Below are positions 13,300 through 28,159 of a stretch of DNA of 64,000 nt, one piece after another. A program made the translations under genes and the position numbers. Below the pieces are notes generated by a model. It saw only the letters and a program-made list of their open reading frames with translations, was not told where the DNA came from and did not search any database. The stretch is taken from assembly GCA_964016885.1 (NCBI GenBank), contig OZ024745.1, positions 65,472,001-65,536,000 on the forward strand. The letters are read 5' to 3'. Each line of letters begins with the position of its first letter. Positions within the stretch are counted from its first letter, which is position 1. Source of the stretch: Eledone cirrhosa. Lineage: Eukaryota.

Positions 13300-16200
13300 T
13301 ATTTGGGGGATCCATTTTTTATTTGTGTGATCCATTTTTTATTTGGGATATCCATTTTTTAATTGGGTGATCCATTTTTTATTTGGGGGATCCATTTTTT
13401 ATTTGGGTGATCCATTTTTTAGTTGGGTGGTCCATTTTTTATTTGGGTGATCCATTTTTTATTTGGGGGATCCATTTTTTATTTGGGTGATCCATTTTTT
13501 ATTTGGGGATCCATTTTTTATTTGGGTGATCCATTTTTTATTTGGGTGATCCATTTTTTATTTGGGGGATCCATTTTTTATTTGGGTGATTCCTTTTTTT
13601 ATTTGGGGGGTCCATTTTTTATTTGGGGGATCCATTTTTATTTGGGTGATCCATTTTTTATTTGGGGGATCCATTTTTTATTTGGGTGATCCATTTTTTA
13701 TTTGGGTTGATCCCTTTTTTATTTGGGGGATCCATTTTTTATTTGGGTGATCCATTTTTTATTTGGGGGATCCATTTTTTATTTGGGGGATCCATTTTTT
13801 ATTTGGGTGATCCATTTTTTATTAGGGGGATCCATTTTTTATTTGGGTGATCCATTTTTATTTGGAGATCCATTTTTTATTTAGGTGATCCATTTTATAA
13901 TTGGGTGATCCATTTTTTATTTGGGGGATCCATTTTTTATTTGGGGGATCCATTATTTACTTGGGTGATCCATTTTTTATTTGGGTGATCCATTTTTTAT
14001 TTGGGTGATCCATTTTTTATTTGGGTGATCCATTTTTTATTTGGGTGATCCATTTTTTATTTGGGGGATCCATTTTTTATTTGGGTGATCCATTTTTTAT
14101 TTGGGTGATCCATTTTTTATTTGAGGGATCCATTTTATATTTGGGTGATCCATTTTTTATTTGGGTGATCCATTTTTTATTTGGGGGATCCATTTTTTAT
14201 TTGGGGGATCCATTTTTTATTTAGGGGATCCATTTTTTATTTGGGTGATCCATTTTTTATTTGGGTGATCCATTTTTTATTTGGGGGATCCATTTTTTAT
14301 TTGGGTGATCCATTTTTTATTTGGGGGATCCATTTTTTATTTCGGGGATCCATTTTTTATTTGGGTGATTCATTTTTTATTTGGGGGATCCATTTTTTAT
14401 TTGGGTGATCCATTTTTTTATTTGGGGGTCCATTTTTTATTTGGGTGATCCATTTTTTATTTGGGTGATCCATTTATTATTTGGGGGATCCATTTTTTAT
14501 TTGGGTCATACATTTTTTATTTGGGGGATCCATTTTTTATTTGGGGGATCCATTTTTTATTTTGGGTGATCCATTTTTTATTAGGGGGATCCATTTTTTA
14601 TTTGGGTGATCCATTTTTATTTGTAGATCCATTTTTTATTTGGGTGATCCATTTTTTAATTGGATGATCCATTTTTTATTTGGGGGATCCATTTTTTATT
14701 TGGGGGATCCATTATTTATTTGGGTGATCCATTTTTTATTTGGGTGATCCATTTTTTATTTGGGGGATCCATTTTTTATTTGGGTGATCCATTTTTTATT
14801 TGGGTGATCCATCTTTTAATTGGGGGATCCATTTTTTATTTAGTTGATCCATTTTTTAATTGGGTGATCCATTTTTTATTTGGGGGATCCATTTTTTATT
14901 TGGGGGATCCATTTTTTATTTGGGGGATCCATTTTTTATGTGGGTGATCCATTTTTTATTTGGGTGATCCATTTTTTATTTGTGGGATCCATTTTTTATT
15001 TGGGTGATCCATTTTTTATTTGGGTGATACATTTTTTATTTGGGGGATCCATTTTTTATTTGGGGGATCCATTTTTTATTTGGGGGATCCATTTTTTATT
15101 TGGGTGATCCATTTTTTATTTGGGTGATCCATTTTTTATTTGGGGGGATCCATTTTTAATTTGGGTGATCCATTTTTTATTTGGGGGATCCATTTTTTAT
15201 TTGGGTGATCCATTTTTTATTTGGGGAATCCATTTTTTATTTGGGTGATCCATTTTTTATTTGGGTGATCCATTTTTTAATTGGGTGATCCATTTTTTAT
15301 TTGGGGGATCCATTTTTTATTTGGGTGATCCATTTTTTATTTGGGTGGTCCATTTTTTATTTGGGTGATCCATTTTTTATTTGGGGGATCCATTTTTTAT
15401 TTGGGTGATCCATTTTTTATTTGGGGATCCATGTTTTATTTGGGTGATCCATTTTTTATTTGGGTGATCCATTTTTTATTTGGGTGATCCATTTTTTATT
15501 TGGGGGGTCCATTTTTTATTTGGGGGATCCATTTTTATTTGGGTGATCCATTTTTTATTTGGGGGATCCATTTTTTATTTGGGTGATCCATTTTTTATTT
15601 GGGTTGATCCCTTTTTTATTTGGGGGATCCATTTTTTATTTGGGTGATCCATTTTTTATTTGGGGGATCCATTTTTTATTTGGGGGATCCATTTTTTATT
15701 TGGGTGATCCATTTTTTATTAGGGGGATCCATTTTTTATTTGGGTGATCCATTTTTATTTGGAGATCCATTTTTTATTTAGGTGATCCATTTTATAATTG
15801 GGTGATCCATTTTTTATTTGGGGGATCCATTATTTATTTGGGTGATCCATTTTTTATTTGGGTGATCCATTTTTTATTTGGGTGATCCATTTTTTATTTG
15901 GGTGATCCATTTTTTATTTGGGTGATCCATTTTTTATTTGGGGGATCCATTTTTTATTTGGGTGATCCATATTTTATTTGGGTGATCCATTTTTTATTTG
16001 AGGGATCCATTTTATATTTGGGTGATCCATTTTTTATTTGGGTGATCCATTTTTTATTTGGGGGATCCATTTTTTATTTGGGTGATCCATTTTTTATTTG
16101 GGGGAACCTTTTTTTATTTGGGTGATCCATTTTTTATTGGGGGATCCATTTTTTATTTGGGGGATCCATTTTTTATTTGGGTGATCCATTTTTTATTTGG

Positions 16201-19200
16201 GTGATCCATTTTTTATTTGGGTGATCCATTTATTATTTGGTGGATCCATTTTTTATTTGGGTGATCCATTATTTATTTGGGGGATCCATTTTTTATTTGG
16301 GGGATCCATTTTTTATTTGGGTGATCCATTTTTTATTTGGGGGATCCATTCTTTATTTGGGTGATCCATTTTTTATTTGTGGGATCCATTTTTTATTTGG
16401 GGGATCCATTTTTTATTTGGAGGATCCATTTTTTATTTGGGTGATCCATTTTTTATTTGGGTGATCCATTTATTATTTGGGGGATCCATTTTTTATTTGG
16501 GTGATCCATTTTTTATTTGGGTGATCCATTTTTTATTGGGGGATCCATTTTTTATTTGGGGGATCCATTTTTTATTTGGGTGATCCATTTTTTATTTGGG
16601 TGATCCATTTTTTAATTGGGGGATCCATTTTTTATTTGGGTGATCCATTTTTTATTTGGGTGATCCATTTTTTATTTGGGGGATCCATTTTTTATTTGGG
16701 GGCAGAATTTTTATTTGGGTGATCCATTTTTTATTTGGGTGATCCATTTTTTATTTGGGGGATCCATTTTTTATTTGGGGGATCCATTTTTTATTTGGGT
16801 GATCCATTTTTTATTTGTGGGATCCATTTTTTATTTGGGGATCCATTTTTTATTTGGGGGATCCATTTTTTATTTGGGTGATCTATTTTTTATTTGGGTA
16901 ATCCATTTTTTATTTGGGGGATCCATTTTTTATTTGGGTGATCCATTTTTTATTTGGGTGATCCATTTTTTATTTGGGTGATCCATTTTTTAATTGGGGG
17001 ATCCATTTTTTATTTGGTTGATCCATTTTTTAATTGGGTGATCCATTTTTTATTTGGGTAATCCATTTTTTATTTGGGGGATCCATTTTTTATTTGGGGG
17101 ATTCATTTTTTATTTGGGTGATCCATTTTTTATTAGGGGGATCCATTTTTTATTTGGGTGATCCATTTTTATTTGGAGATCCATTTTTTATTTAGGTGAT
17201 CCATTTTATAATTGGGTGATCCATTTTTTATTTGGGGGATCCATTTTTTATTTGGAGTTTCTATTATTTATTTGGGTGATCCATTTTTTATTTGGGTGAC
17301 CCATTTTTTATTTGGGTGATCCATTTTTTATTTGGGTTGATCCCTTTTTTATTTGGGGCATCCATTTTTTATTTGGGTGATCCATTTTTTATTTGGGGGA
17401 TCCATTTTTTATTTGGGTGATCCATTTTTTATTTGAGGGATCCATTTTATATTTGGGTGATCCATTTTTTATTTGGGTGATCCATTTTTTATTGGGGGAT
17501 CCATTTTTTATTTGGGGGATCCATTTTTTATTTGGGTGATCCACTTTTTATTTGGGTGATCCATTTTTTAATTGGGGGATCCATTTTTTATTTGGGTGAT
17601 CCATTTTTTATTTGGGTGATCCATTTTTTATTTGGGGGATCCATTTTTTATTTGGGGGCAGAATTTTTATTTGGGTGATCCATTTTTTATTTGGGTGATC
17701 CATTTTTTATTTGGGGGATCCGTTTTTTATTTGGGGGATCCATTTTTTATTTGGGTGATCCATTTTTTATTTGGGGGATCCATTTTTTATTTGGGTGATC
17801 CATTTTTTATTTGGGGGATCCATTTTTTATTTGGGTGATCCATTTTTTATTTGGATGATCCATTTTTTATTTGGGGGATCCATTTATTATTTGGGGGATC
17901 CATTTTTTATTTGGGTGATCCGTTCTTTATTTGGGTGATCCATTTTTTAATTGGGGGATCCATTTTTTATTTGGGTGATCCATTTTTTATTTTGGTGATC
18001 CATTTTTTATTTGGGGGATCCATTTTTTATTTGGGGGATCCATTTTTTATTTGGGTGATCCATTTCTTATTTGGGGGATCCATTTTTTATTTGGGTGATC
18101 CATTTTTTATTTGGGTGATCCATTTTTTATTTGTGGGATCCATTTTTTATTTGGGGATCCATTTTTTATTTGAGGGATCCATTTTTTATTTGGGTGATCC
18201 ATTTTTTATTTGGGTAATCCATTTTTTATTTGGGGGATCCATTTTTTATTTGGGTGATCCATTTTTTATTTGGGTGATCCATTTTTTAATTGGGTGATCC
18301 ATTTTTTATTTGGGGGATCCATTTTTTATTTGGGGGATCCATTCTTTATTTGGGGGATCCATTGTTTATTTGGGTGATCCATTTTTTATTTGGGTGATCC
18401 ATTTTTTATTTGGGGGATCCATTTTTTATTTGGGTGATCCATTTTTTATTTGGGTGATCCATTTTTTATTTGGGTGATCCATTTTTTATTTGTGGGATCC
18501 ATTTTTTATTTGGGGGATCCATTTTTTATTTGGGTGATCCTTTTTTTATTTGGGTGATCCATTTTTTATTTGGGTGATCCATTTTTTATTTGGGGGATCC
18601 ATTTTTTATTTGGGTGATCCATTTTTTATTTGGGTGATACATTTTTTATTTGGGGGATCCATTTTTTATTTGGGTGATCCATTTTTTATTTGGGGGATCC
18701 ATTTTTTATTTGGGGGATCCATTTTTTATTTGGGTGATCTATTTTTTATTTGGGTGATCCATTTTTTATTTGGGGGGATCCATTTTTAATTTGGGTGATC
18801 CATTTTTTATTTGGGGGTTCCATTTTTTATTTGGGTGATCCATTTTTTATTTGGGGGATCCATTTTTTATTTGGGTGATCCATTTTTTATTTGGGTGATC
18901 CATTTTTTAATTAGGTGATCCATTTTTATTTGGGTGATCCATTTTTTACTTGGGGGATCCATTTTTTATTTGGGTGATCCATTTTTTATTTTGCTGATTC
19001 ATTTTTTATTTGGGTGATCCATTTTTTATTTGGGGGATCCATTTTTTATTTGGGTGATCCATTTATTATTTAGGGGATCCATTTTTTATTTGGGTGATCC
19101 ATTTTTTATTAGGGGGATCCATTTTTTATTTGGGTGATCCATTTTTTATTTGGGGGATCCATTTTTTATTTCGGGGATCCATTTTTTATTTGGGTGATCC

Positions 19201-22200
19201 ATTTTTTATTCGGGGGATCCATTTTTTATTTGGGTCATCCATTTTTATTTGTAGATCCATTTTTTATTTGGGTGATCCATTTTTTAATTGGATGATCCAT
19301 TTTTTATTTGGGGGATCCATTTTTTATTTGGGGGATCCATTATTTATTTGGGTGATCCATTTTTTATTTGGGTGATCCATTTGTTATTTTGGGGATCCAT
19401 TTTTTATTTTGGGTGATCCATTTTTTATTAGGGGGATCCATTTTTTATTTGGGTGATCCATTTTTTTTTGTAGATCCATTTTTTATTTGGGTGATCCATT
19501 TTTTAATTGGATGATCCATTTTTTATTTGGGGGATCCATTTTTTATTTGGGGGATCCATTATTTATTTGGGTGATCCATTTTTTATTTGGGTGATCCATT
19601 TTTTATTTTGGGGATCCATTTTTTATTTGGGTGATCCATTTTTTATTTGGGTGATCCATTTTTTAATTGGGTGATCCATTTTTTATTTGGGTGATCCATT
19701 TTTTATTTGGGGGATCCTTTTTTTATTTGGGTGATCCATTTTTTATTTGGGTGATCCATTTTTTATTTGGGGGATCCATTTTTTATTTGGGTGATCCATT
19801 TTTTATTTAGGTGACACATTTTTTATTTGGGGGATCCATTTTTTATTTGGGTGATCCATTTTTTATTTGGGGGATCCATTTTTTATTTGGGGGATCCATT
19901 TTTTATTTGGGTGATCCATTTTTTATTTGGGTGATCCATTTTTTATTTGGGGGGATCCATTTTTAATTTGGGTGATCCATTTTATATTTGGGGGATCCAT
20001 TTTTTATTTGGGTGATCCATTTTTTATTTGGGGGATCCATTTTTTATTTGTGTGATCCATTTTTTATTTGGGATATCCATTTTTTAATTGGGTGATCCAT
20101 TTTTTATTTGGGGGATCCATTTTTTATTTGGGTGATCCATTTTTTAGTTTGGTTATCCATTTTTTATTTGGGTGATCCATTTTTTATTTGGGGGATCCAT
20201 TTTTTATTTGGGTGATCCATTTTTTATTTGGGGATCCATTTTTTATTTGGGTGATCCATTTTTTATTTGGGTGATCCATTTTTTATTTGGGGTATCCATT
20301 TTTTATTTGGGTGATTCATTTTTTATTTGGGGGGTCCATTTTTTATTTGGGGGATCCATCTTTATTTGGGTGATCCATTTTTTATTTGGGGGATCCATTT
20401 TTTATTTGGGTGATCCATTTTTTATTTGGGTTGATCCCTTTTTTATTTGGGGGATCCATTTTTTATTTGGGGGATCCATTTTTTATTTGGGGGATCCATT
20501 TTTTATTTGGGGGATCCATTTTTTATTTGGGTGATCCATTTTTTATTAGGGGGATCCATTTTTTATTTGGGTGATCCATTTTTATTTGGAGATCCATTTT
20601 TTATTTAGGTGATCCATTTTATAATTGGGTGATCCATTTTTTATTTGGGGGATCCATTTTTTATTTGGGGGATCCATTATTTACTTGGGTGATCCATTTT
20701 TTATTTGGGTGATCCATTTTTTATTTGGGTGATCCATTTTTTATTTGGGTGATCCATTTTTATTTGGGTGATCCATTTTTTATTTGGGGGATCCATTTTT
20801 TATTTGGGTGATCCATTTTTTATTTGGGTGATCCATTTTTTATTTGAGGGATCCATTTTATATTTGGGTGATCCATTTTTTATTTGGGTGATCCATTTTT
20901 TATTTGGGGGATCCATTTTTTATTTGGGGGATCCATTTTTTATTTAGGGGATCCATTTTTTATTTGGGTGATCCATTTTTTATTTGGGTGATCCATTTTT
21001 TATTTGGGGGATCCATTTTTTATTTGGGTGATCCATTTTTTATTTGGGGGATCCATTTTTTATTTCGGGGATCCATTTTTTATTTGGGTGATTCATTTTT
21101 TATTTGGGGGATCCATTTTTTATTTGGGTGATCCATTTTTTATTTGGGTGATCCATTTTTTATTTAGGTGACACATTTTTTATTTGGGGGATCCATTTTT
21201 TATTTGGGTGATCCATTTTTTATTTGGGGGATCCATTTTTTATTTGGGGGATCCATTTTTTATTTGGGTGATCCATTTTTTATTTGGGTGATCCATTTTT
21301 TATTTGGGGGGATCCATTTTTAATTTGGGTGATCCATTTTTTATTTGGGGGATCCATTTTTTATTTGGGTGATCCATTTTTTATTTGGGGGATCCATTTT
21401 TTATTTGTGTGATCCATTTTTTATTTGGGATATCCATTTTTTAATTGGGTGATCCATTTTTTATTTGGGGGATCCATTTTTTATTTGGGTGATCCATTTT
21501 TTAGTTGGGTGGTCCATTTTTTATTTGGGTGATCCATTTTTTATTTGGGGGATCCATTTTTTATTTGGGTGATTCCTTTTTTTATTTGGGTGATTCCTTT
21601 TTTTATTTGGGGGGTCCATTTTTTATTTGGGGGATCCATTTTTATTTGGGTGATCCATTTTTTATTTGGGGGATCCATTTTTTATTTGGGTGATCCATTT
21701 TTTATTTGGGTTGATCCCTTTTTTATTTGGGGGATCCATTTTTTATTTGGGTGATCCATTTTTTATTTGGGGGATCCATTTTTTATTTGGGGGATCCATT
21801 TTTTATTTGGGTGATCCATTTTTTATTAGGGGGATCCATTTTTTATTTGGGTGATCCATTTTTATTTGGAGATCCATTTTTTATTTAGGTGATCCATTTT
21901 ATAATTGGGTGATCCATTTTTTATTTGGGGGATCCATTTTTTATTTGGGGGATCCATTATTTACTTGGGTGATCCATTTTTTATTTGGGTGATCCATTTT
22001 TTATTTGGGTGATCCATTTTTTATTTGGGTGATCCATTTTTTATTTGGGTGATCCATTTTTTATTTGGGGGATCCATTTTTTATTTGGGTGATCCATTTT
22101 TTATTTGGGTGATCCATTTTTTATTTGAGGGATCCATTTTATATTTGGGTGATCCATTTTTTATTTGGGTGATCCATTTTTTATTTGGGGGATCCATTTT

Positions 22201-25200
22201 TTATTTGGGGGATCCATTTTTTATTTAGGGTATCCATTTTTTATTTGGGTGATCCATTTTTTATTTGGGTGATCCATTTTTTATTTGGGGGATCCATTTT
22301 TTATTTGGGTGATCCATTTTTTATTTGGGGGATCCATTTTTTATTTCGGGGATCCATTTTTTATTTGGGTGATTCATTTTTTATTTGGGGGATCCATTTT
22401 TTATTTGGGTGATCCATTTTTTTATTTGGGGGTCCATTTTTTATTTGGGTGATCCATTTTTTATTTGGGTGATCCATTTATTATTTGGGGGATCCATTTT
22501 TTATTTGGGTCATACATTTTTTATTTGGGGGATCCATTTTTTATTTGGGGGATCCATTTTTTATTTTGGGTGATCCATTTTTTATTAGGGGGATCCATTT
22601 TTTATTTGGGTGATCCATTTTTATTTGTAGATCCATTTTTTATTTGGGTGATCCATTTTTTAATTGGGTGATCCATTTTTTATTTGGGGGATCCATTTTT
22701 TATTTGGGGGATCCATTATTTATTTGGGTGATCCATTTTTTATTTGGGTGATCCATTTTTTATTTGGGGGATCCATTTTTTATTTGGGTGATCCATTTTT
22801 TATTTGGGTGATCCATCTTTTAATTGGGGGATCCATTTTTTATTTAGTTGATCCATTTTTTAATTGGGTGATCCATTTTTTATTTGGGGGATCCATTTTT
22901 TATTTGGGGGATCCATTTTTTATTTGGGGGATCCATTTTTTATGTGGGTGTTCCATTTTTTATTTGGGTGATCCATTTTTTATTTGGGGGATCCATTTTT
23001 TATTTGTGTGATCCATTTTTTATTTGGGATATCCATTTTTTAATTGGGTGATCCATTTTTTATTTGGGGGATCCATTTTTTATTTGGGTGATCCATTTTT
23101 TAGTTGGGTGGTCCATTTTTTATTTGGGTGATCCATTTTTTATTTGGGGGATCCATTTTTTATTTGGGTGATCCATTTTTTATTTGGGGATCCATTTTTT
23201 ATTTGGGTGATCCATTTTTTATTTGGGTGATCCATTTTTTATTTGGGGGATCCATTTTTTATTTGGGTGATTCCTTTTTTTATTTGGGGGGTCCATTTTT
23301 TATTTGGGGGATCCATTTTTATTTGGGTGATCCATTTTTTATTTGGGGGATCCATTTTTTATTTGGGTGATCCATTTTTTATTTGGGTTGATCCCTTTTT
23401 TATTTGGGGGATCCATTTTTTATTTGGGTGATCCATTTTTTATTTGGGGGATCCATTTTTTATTTGGGGGATCCATTTTTTATTTGGGTGATCCATTTTT
23501 TATTAGGGGGATCCATTTTTTATTTGGGTGATCCATTTTTATTTGGAGATCCATTTTTTATTTAGGTGATCCATTTTATAATTGGGTGATCCATTTTTTA
23601 TTTGGGGGATCCATTTTTTATTTGGGGGATCCATTATTTACTTGGGTGATCCATTTTTTATTTGGGTGATCCATTTTTTATTTGGGTGATCCATTTTTTA
23701 TTTGGGTGATCCATTTTTTATTTGGGTGATCCATTTTTTATTTGGGGGATCCATTTTTTATTTGGGTGATCCATTTTTTATTTGGGGGATCCATTTTTTA
23801 TTTGGGGGATCCATTTTTTATTTAGGGTATCCATTTTTTATTTGGGTGATCCATTTTTTATTTGGGTGATCCATTTTTTATTTGGGGGATCCATTTTTTA
23901 TTTGGGTGATCCATTTTTTATTTGGGGGATCCATTTTTTATTTCGGGGATCCATTTTTTATTTGGGTGATTCATTTTTTATTTGGGGGATCCATTTTTTA
24001 TTTGGGTGATCCATTTTTTAATTGGATGATCCATTTTTTATTTGGGGATCCATTTTTTATTTGGGGGATCCATTATTTATTTGGGTGATCCATTTTTTAT
24101 TTGGGTGATCCATTTTTTATTTGGGGGATCCATTTTTTATTTGGGTGATCCATTTTTTATTTGGGTGATCCATCTTTTAATTGGGGGATCCATTTTTTAT
24201 TTAGTTGATCCATTTTTTAATTGGGTGATCCATTTTTTATTTGGGGGATCCATTTTTTATTTGGGGGATCCATTTTTTATTTGGGGGATCCATTTTTTAT
24301 GTGGGTGATCCATTTTTTATTTGGGTGATCCATTTTTTATTTGTGGGATCCATTTTTTATTTGTGGGATCCATTTTTTATTTGGGGGATCCTTTTTTTAT
24401 TTGGGTGATCCATTCTTTATTTGGGTGATCCATTTTTTATTTGGGGGATCCATTTTTTATTTGGGTGATCCATTTTTTATTTGGGTGATACATTTTTTAT
24501 TTGGGGGATCCATTTTTTATTTGGGGGATCCATTTTTTATTTGGGGGATCCATTTTTTATTTGGGTGATCCATTTTTTATTTGGGTGATCCATTTTTTAT
24601 TTGGGGGGATCCATTTTTAATTTGGGTGATCCATTTTTTATTTGGGGGATCCATTTTTTATTTGGGTGATCCATTTTTTATTTGGGGAATCCATTTTTTA
24701 TTTGGGTGATCCATTTTTTATTTGGGTGATCCATTTTTTAATTGGGTGATCCATTTTTTATTTGGGGGATCCATTTTTTATTTGGGTGATCCATTTTTTA
24801 TTTGGGTGGTCCATTTTTTATTTGGGTGATCCATTTTTTATTTGGGGGATCCATTTTTTATTTGGGTGATCCATTTTTTATTTGGGGATCCATGTTTTAT
24901 TTGGGTGATCCATTTTTTATTTGGGTGATCCATTTTTTATTTGGGTGATCCATTTTTATTTGGGGGGTCCATTTTTTATTTGGGGGATCCATTTTTATTT
25001 GGGTGATCCATTTTTTATTTGGGGGATCCATTTTTTATTTGGGTGATCCATTTTTTATTTGGGTTGATCCCTTTTTTATTTGGGGGATCCATTTTTTATT
25101 TGGGTGATCCATTTTTTATTTGGGGGATCCATTTTTTATTTGGGGGATCCATTTTTTATTTGGGTGATCCATTTTTTATTAGGGGGATCCATTTTTTATT

Positions 25201-27250
25201 TGGGTGATCCATTTTTATTTGGAGATCCATTTTTTATTTAGGTGATCCATTTTATAATTGGGTGATCCATTTTTTATTTGGGGGATCCATTTTTTATTTG
25301 GGGGATCCATTATTTATTTGGGTGATCCATTTTTTATTTGGGTGATCCATTTTTTATTTGGGTGATCCATTTTTTATTTGGGTGATCCATTTTTTATTTG
25401 GGTGATCCATTTTTTATTTGGGGGATCCATTTTTTATTTGGGTGATCCATATTTTATTTGGGTGATCCATTTTTTATTTGAGGGATCCATTTTATATTTG
25501 GGTGATCCATTTTTTATTTGGGTGATCCATTTTTTATTTGGGGGATCCATTTTTTATTTGGGTGATCCATTTTTTATTTGGGGGAACCTTTTTTTATTTG
25601 GGTGATCCATTTTTTATTTGGGGGATCCATTTTTTATTTGGGTGATCCATTTTTTATTTGGGGGATCCATTTTTTATTTGGGGTATCCATTTTTTATTTG
25701 GGGGATCCTTTTTTATTTGGGTGATCCATTTTTTATTTGGGTGATCCATTTTTTATTTGGTGGATCCATTTTTTATTTGGGTGATCCATTATTTATTTGG
25801 GGGATCCATTTTTTATTTGGGGGATCCATTTTTTATTTGGGTGATCCATTTTTTATTTGGGGGATCCATTCTTTATTTGGGTGATCCATTTTTTATTTGT
25901 GGGATCCATTTTTTATTTGGGGGATCCATTTTTTATTTGGAGGATCCATTTTTTATTTGGGTGATCCATTTTTTATTTGGGTGATCCATTTATTATTTGG
26001 GGGATCCATTTTTTATTTGGGTGATCCATTTTTTATTTGGGTGATCCATTTTTTATTGGGGGATCCATTTTTTATTTGGGGGATCCATTTTTTATTTGGG
26101 TGATCCATTTTTTATTTGGGTGATCCATTTTTTAATTGGGGGATCCATTTTTTATTTGGGTGATCCATTTTTTATTTGGGTGATCCATTTTTTATTTGGG
26201 GGATCCATTTTTTATTTGGGGGCAGAATTTTTATTTGGGTGATCCATTTTTTATTTGGGTGATCCATTTTTTATTTGGGGGATCCATTTTTTATTTGGGG
26301 GATCCATTTTTTATTTGGGTGATCCATTTTTTATTTGTGGGATCCATTTTTTATTTGGGGATCCATTTTTTATTTGGGGGATCCATTTTTTATTTGGGTG
26401 ATCTATTTTTTATTTGGGTAATCCATTTTTTATTTGGGGGATCCATTTTTTATTTGGGTGATCCATTTTTTATTTGGGTGATCCATTTTTTAATTGGGGG
26501 ATCCATTTTTTATTTGGTTGATCCATTTTTTAATTGGGTGATCCATTTTTTATTTGGGTAATCCATTTTTTATTTGGGGGATCCATTTTTTATTTGGGTG
26601 ATCCATTTTTTATTTGGGTGATCCATTTTTTATTTGGGTGATCCATTTTTTATTTGGGGGATACATTTATTATTTGGGTGATCCATTTTTTATTTGGGGG
26701 GTCCATTTTTTATTTGGGGGATCCATTTTTATTTGGGTGATCCATTTTATATTTGGGGGATCCATTTTTTATTTGGGTGATCCCTTTTTTATTTGGGGGA
26801 TCCATTTTTTATTTGGGTGATCCATTTTTTATTTGGGGGATACATTTTTTATTTGGGGGATTCATTTTTTATTTGGGTGATCCATTTTTTATTAGGGGGA
26901 TCCATTTTTTATTTGGGTGATCCATTTTTATTTGGAGATCCATTTTTTATTTAGGTGATCCATTTTATAATTGGGTGATCCATTTTTTATTTGGGGGATC
27001 CATTTTTTATTTGGAGTTTCTATTATTTATTTGGGTGATCCATTTTTTATTTGGGTGACCCATTTTTTATTTGGGTGATCCATTTTTTATTTGGGTTGAT
27101 CCCTTTTTTATTTGGGGGATCCATTTTTTATTTGGGTGATCCATTTTTTATTTGGGGGATCCATTTTTTATTTGGGTGATCCATTTTTTATTTGAGGGAT
27201 CCATTTTATATTTGGGTGATCCATTTTTTATTTGGGGGATCCATTATTTA
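13300..27250 (+). repeat. Duplicated block ~13.3-17.5 kb vs ~23.0-27.2 kb (offset ~9.5-9.8 kb)
   Basis: Matching entries 13423/23104, 15559/25019, 15898/25378, 16237/25757, 16676/26196. GGAGTTTCTA marker at 17254 and 27013. Confidence 0.8.
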
Positions 27251-28159
27251 TTTGGGTGATCCATTTTTTATTTGGGTGATCCATTTTTTATTTGGGTGAT
27301 CCATTTTTTATTTGGGTGATCCATTTTTTATTTGGGTGATCCATTTTTTATTTGGGGGATCCATTTTTTATTTGGGTGATCCATTTTTTATTTGGGTGAT
27401 CCATTTTTTATTTGAGGGATCCATTTTATATTTGGGTGATCCATTTTTTATTTGGGTGATACATTTTTTATTTGGGGGATCCATTTTTTATTTGGGGGAT
27501 CCATTTTTTATTTGGGGGAACCATTTTTTATTTGGGGGATCCATTTTTTATTTCGGGGATCCATTTTTTATTTGGGTGATTCATTTTTTATTTGGGGGAT
27601 TCATTTTTTATTTGGGTGATCCATTTTTTTTATTTGGGGGTCCATTTTTTATTTGGGTGATCCATTTTTTATTTGGGTGATCCATTTTTTAATTGGGTGA
27701 TCCATTTTTATTTGGGTGATCCATTTTTTACTTGGGGGATCCATTTTTTATTTGGGTGATCCATTTTTTATTTTGCTGATTCATTTTTTATTTGGGTGAT
27801 CCATTTTTTATTTGGGGGATCCATTTTTTATTTGGGTGAACCATTTTTTATTTGGGGGATCCATTTTTTATTTGGGTGATCCATTTTTTATTTGGGGATC
27901 CATTTTTTATTTGGGTGATCCATTTTTTATTTGGGGGATCCATTTTTTATTTGGGTGATCCATTTTTTATTTGGGGATCCATTTTTTATTTGGGTGATCC
28001 ATTTTTTATTTGGGTGATCCATTTTTTATTTGGGGGATACATTTTTTATTTGGGTGATCCATTTTTTATTTGGGGGGTCCATTTTTTATTTGGGGGATAC
28101 ATTTTTATTTGGGTGATCCATTTTTTATTTGGGGGATCCATTTTTTATTTGGGTGACCC

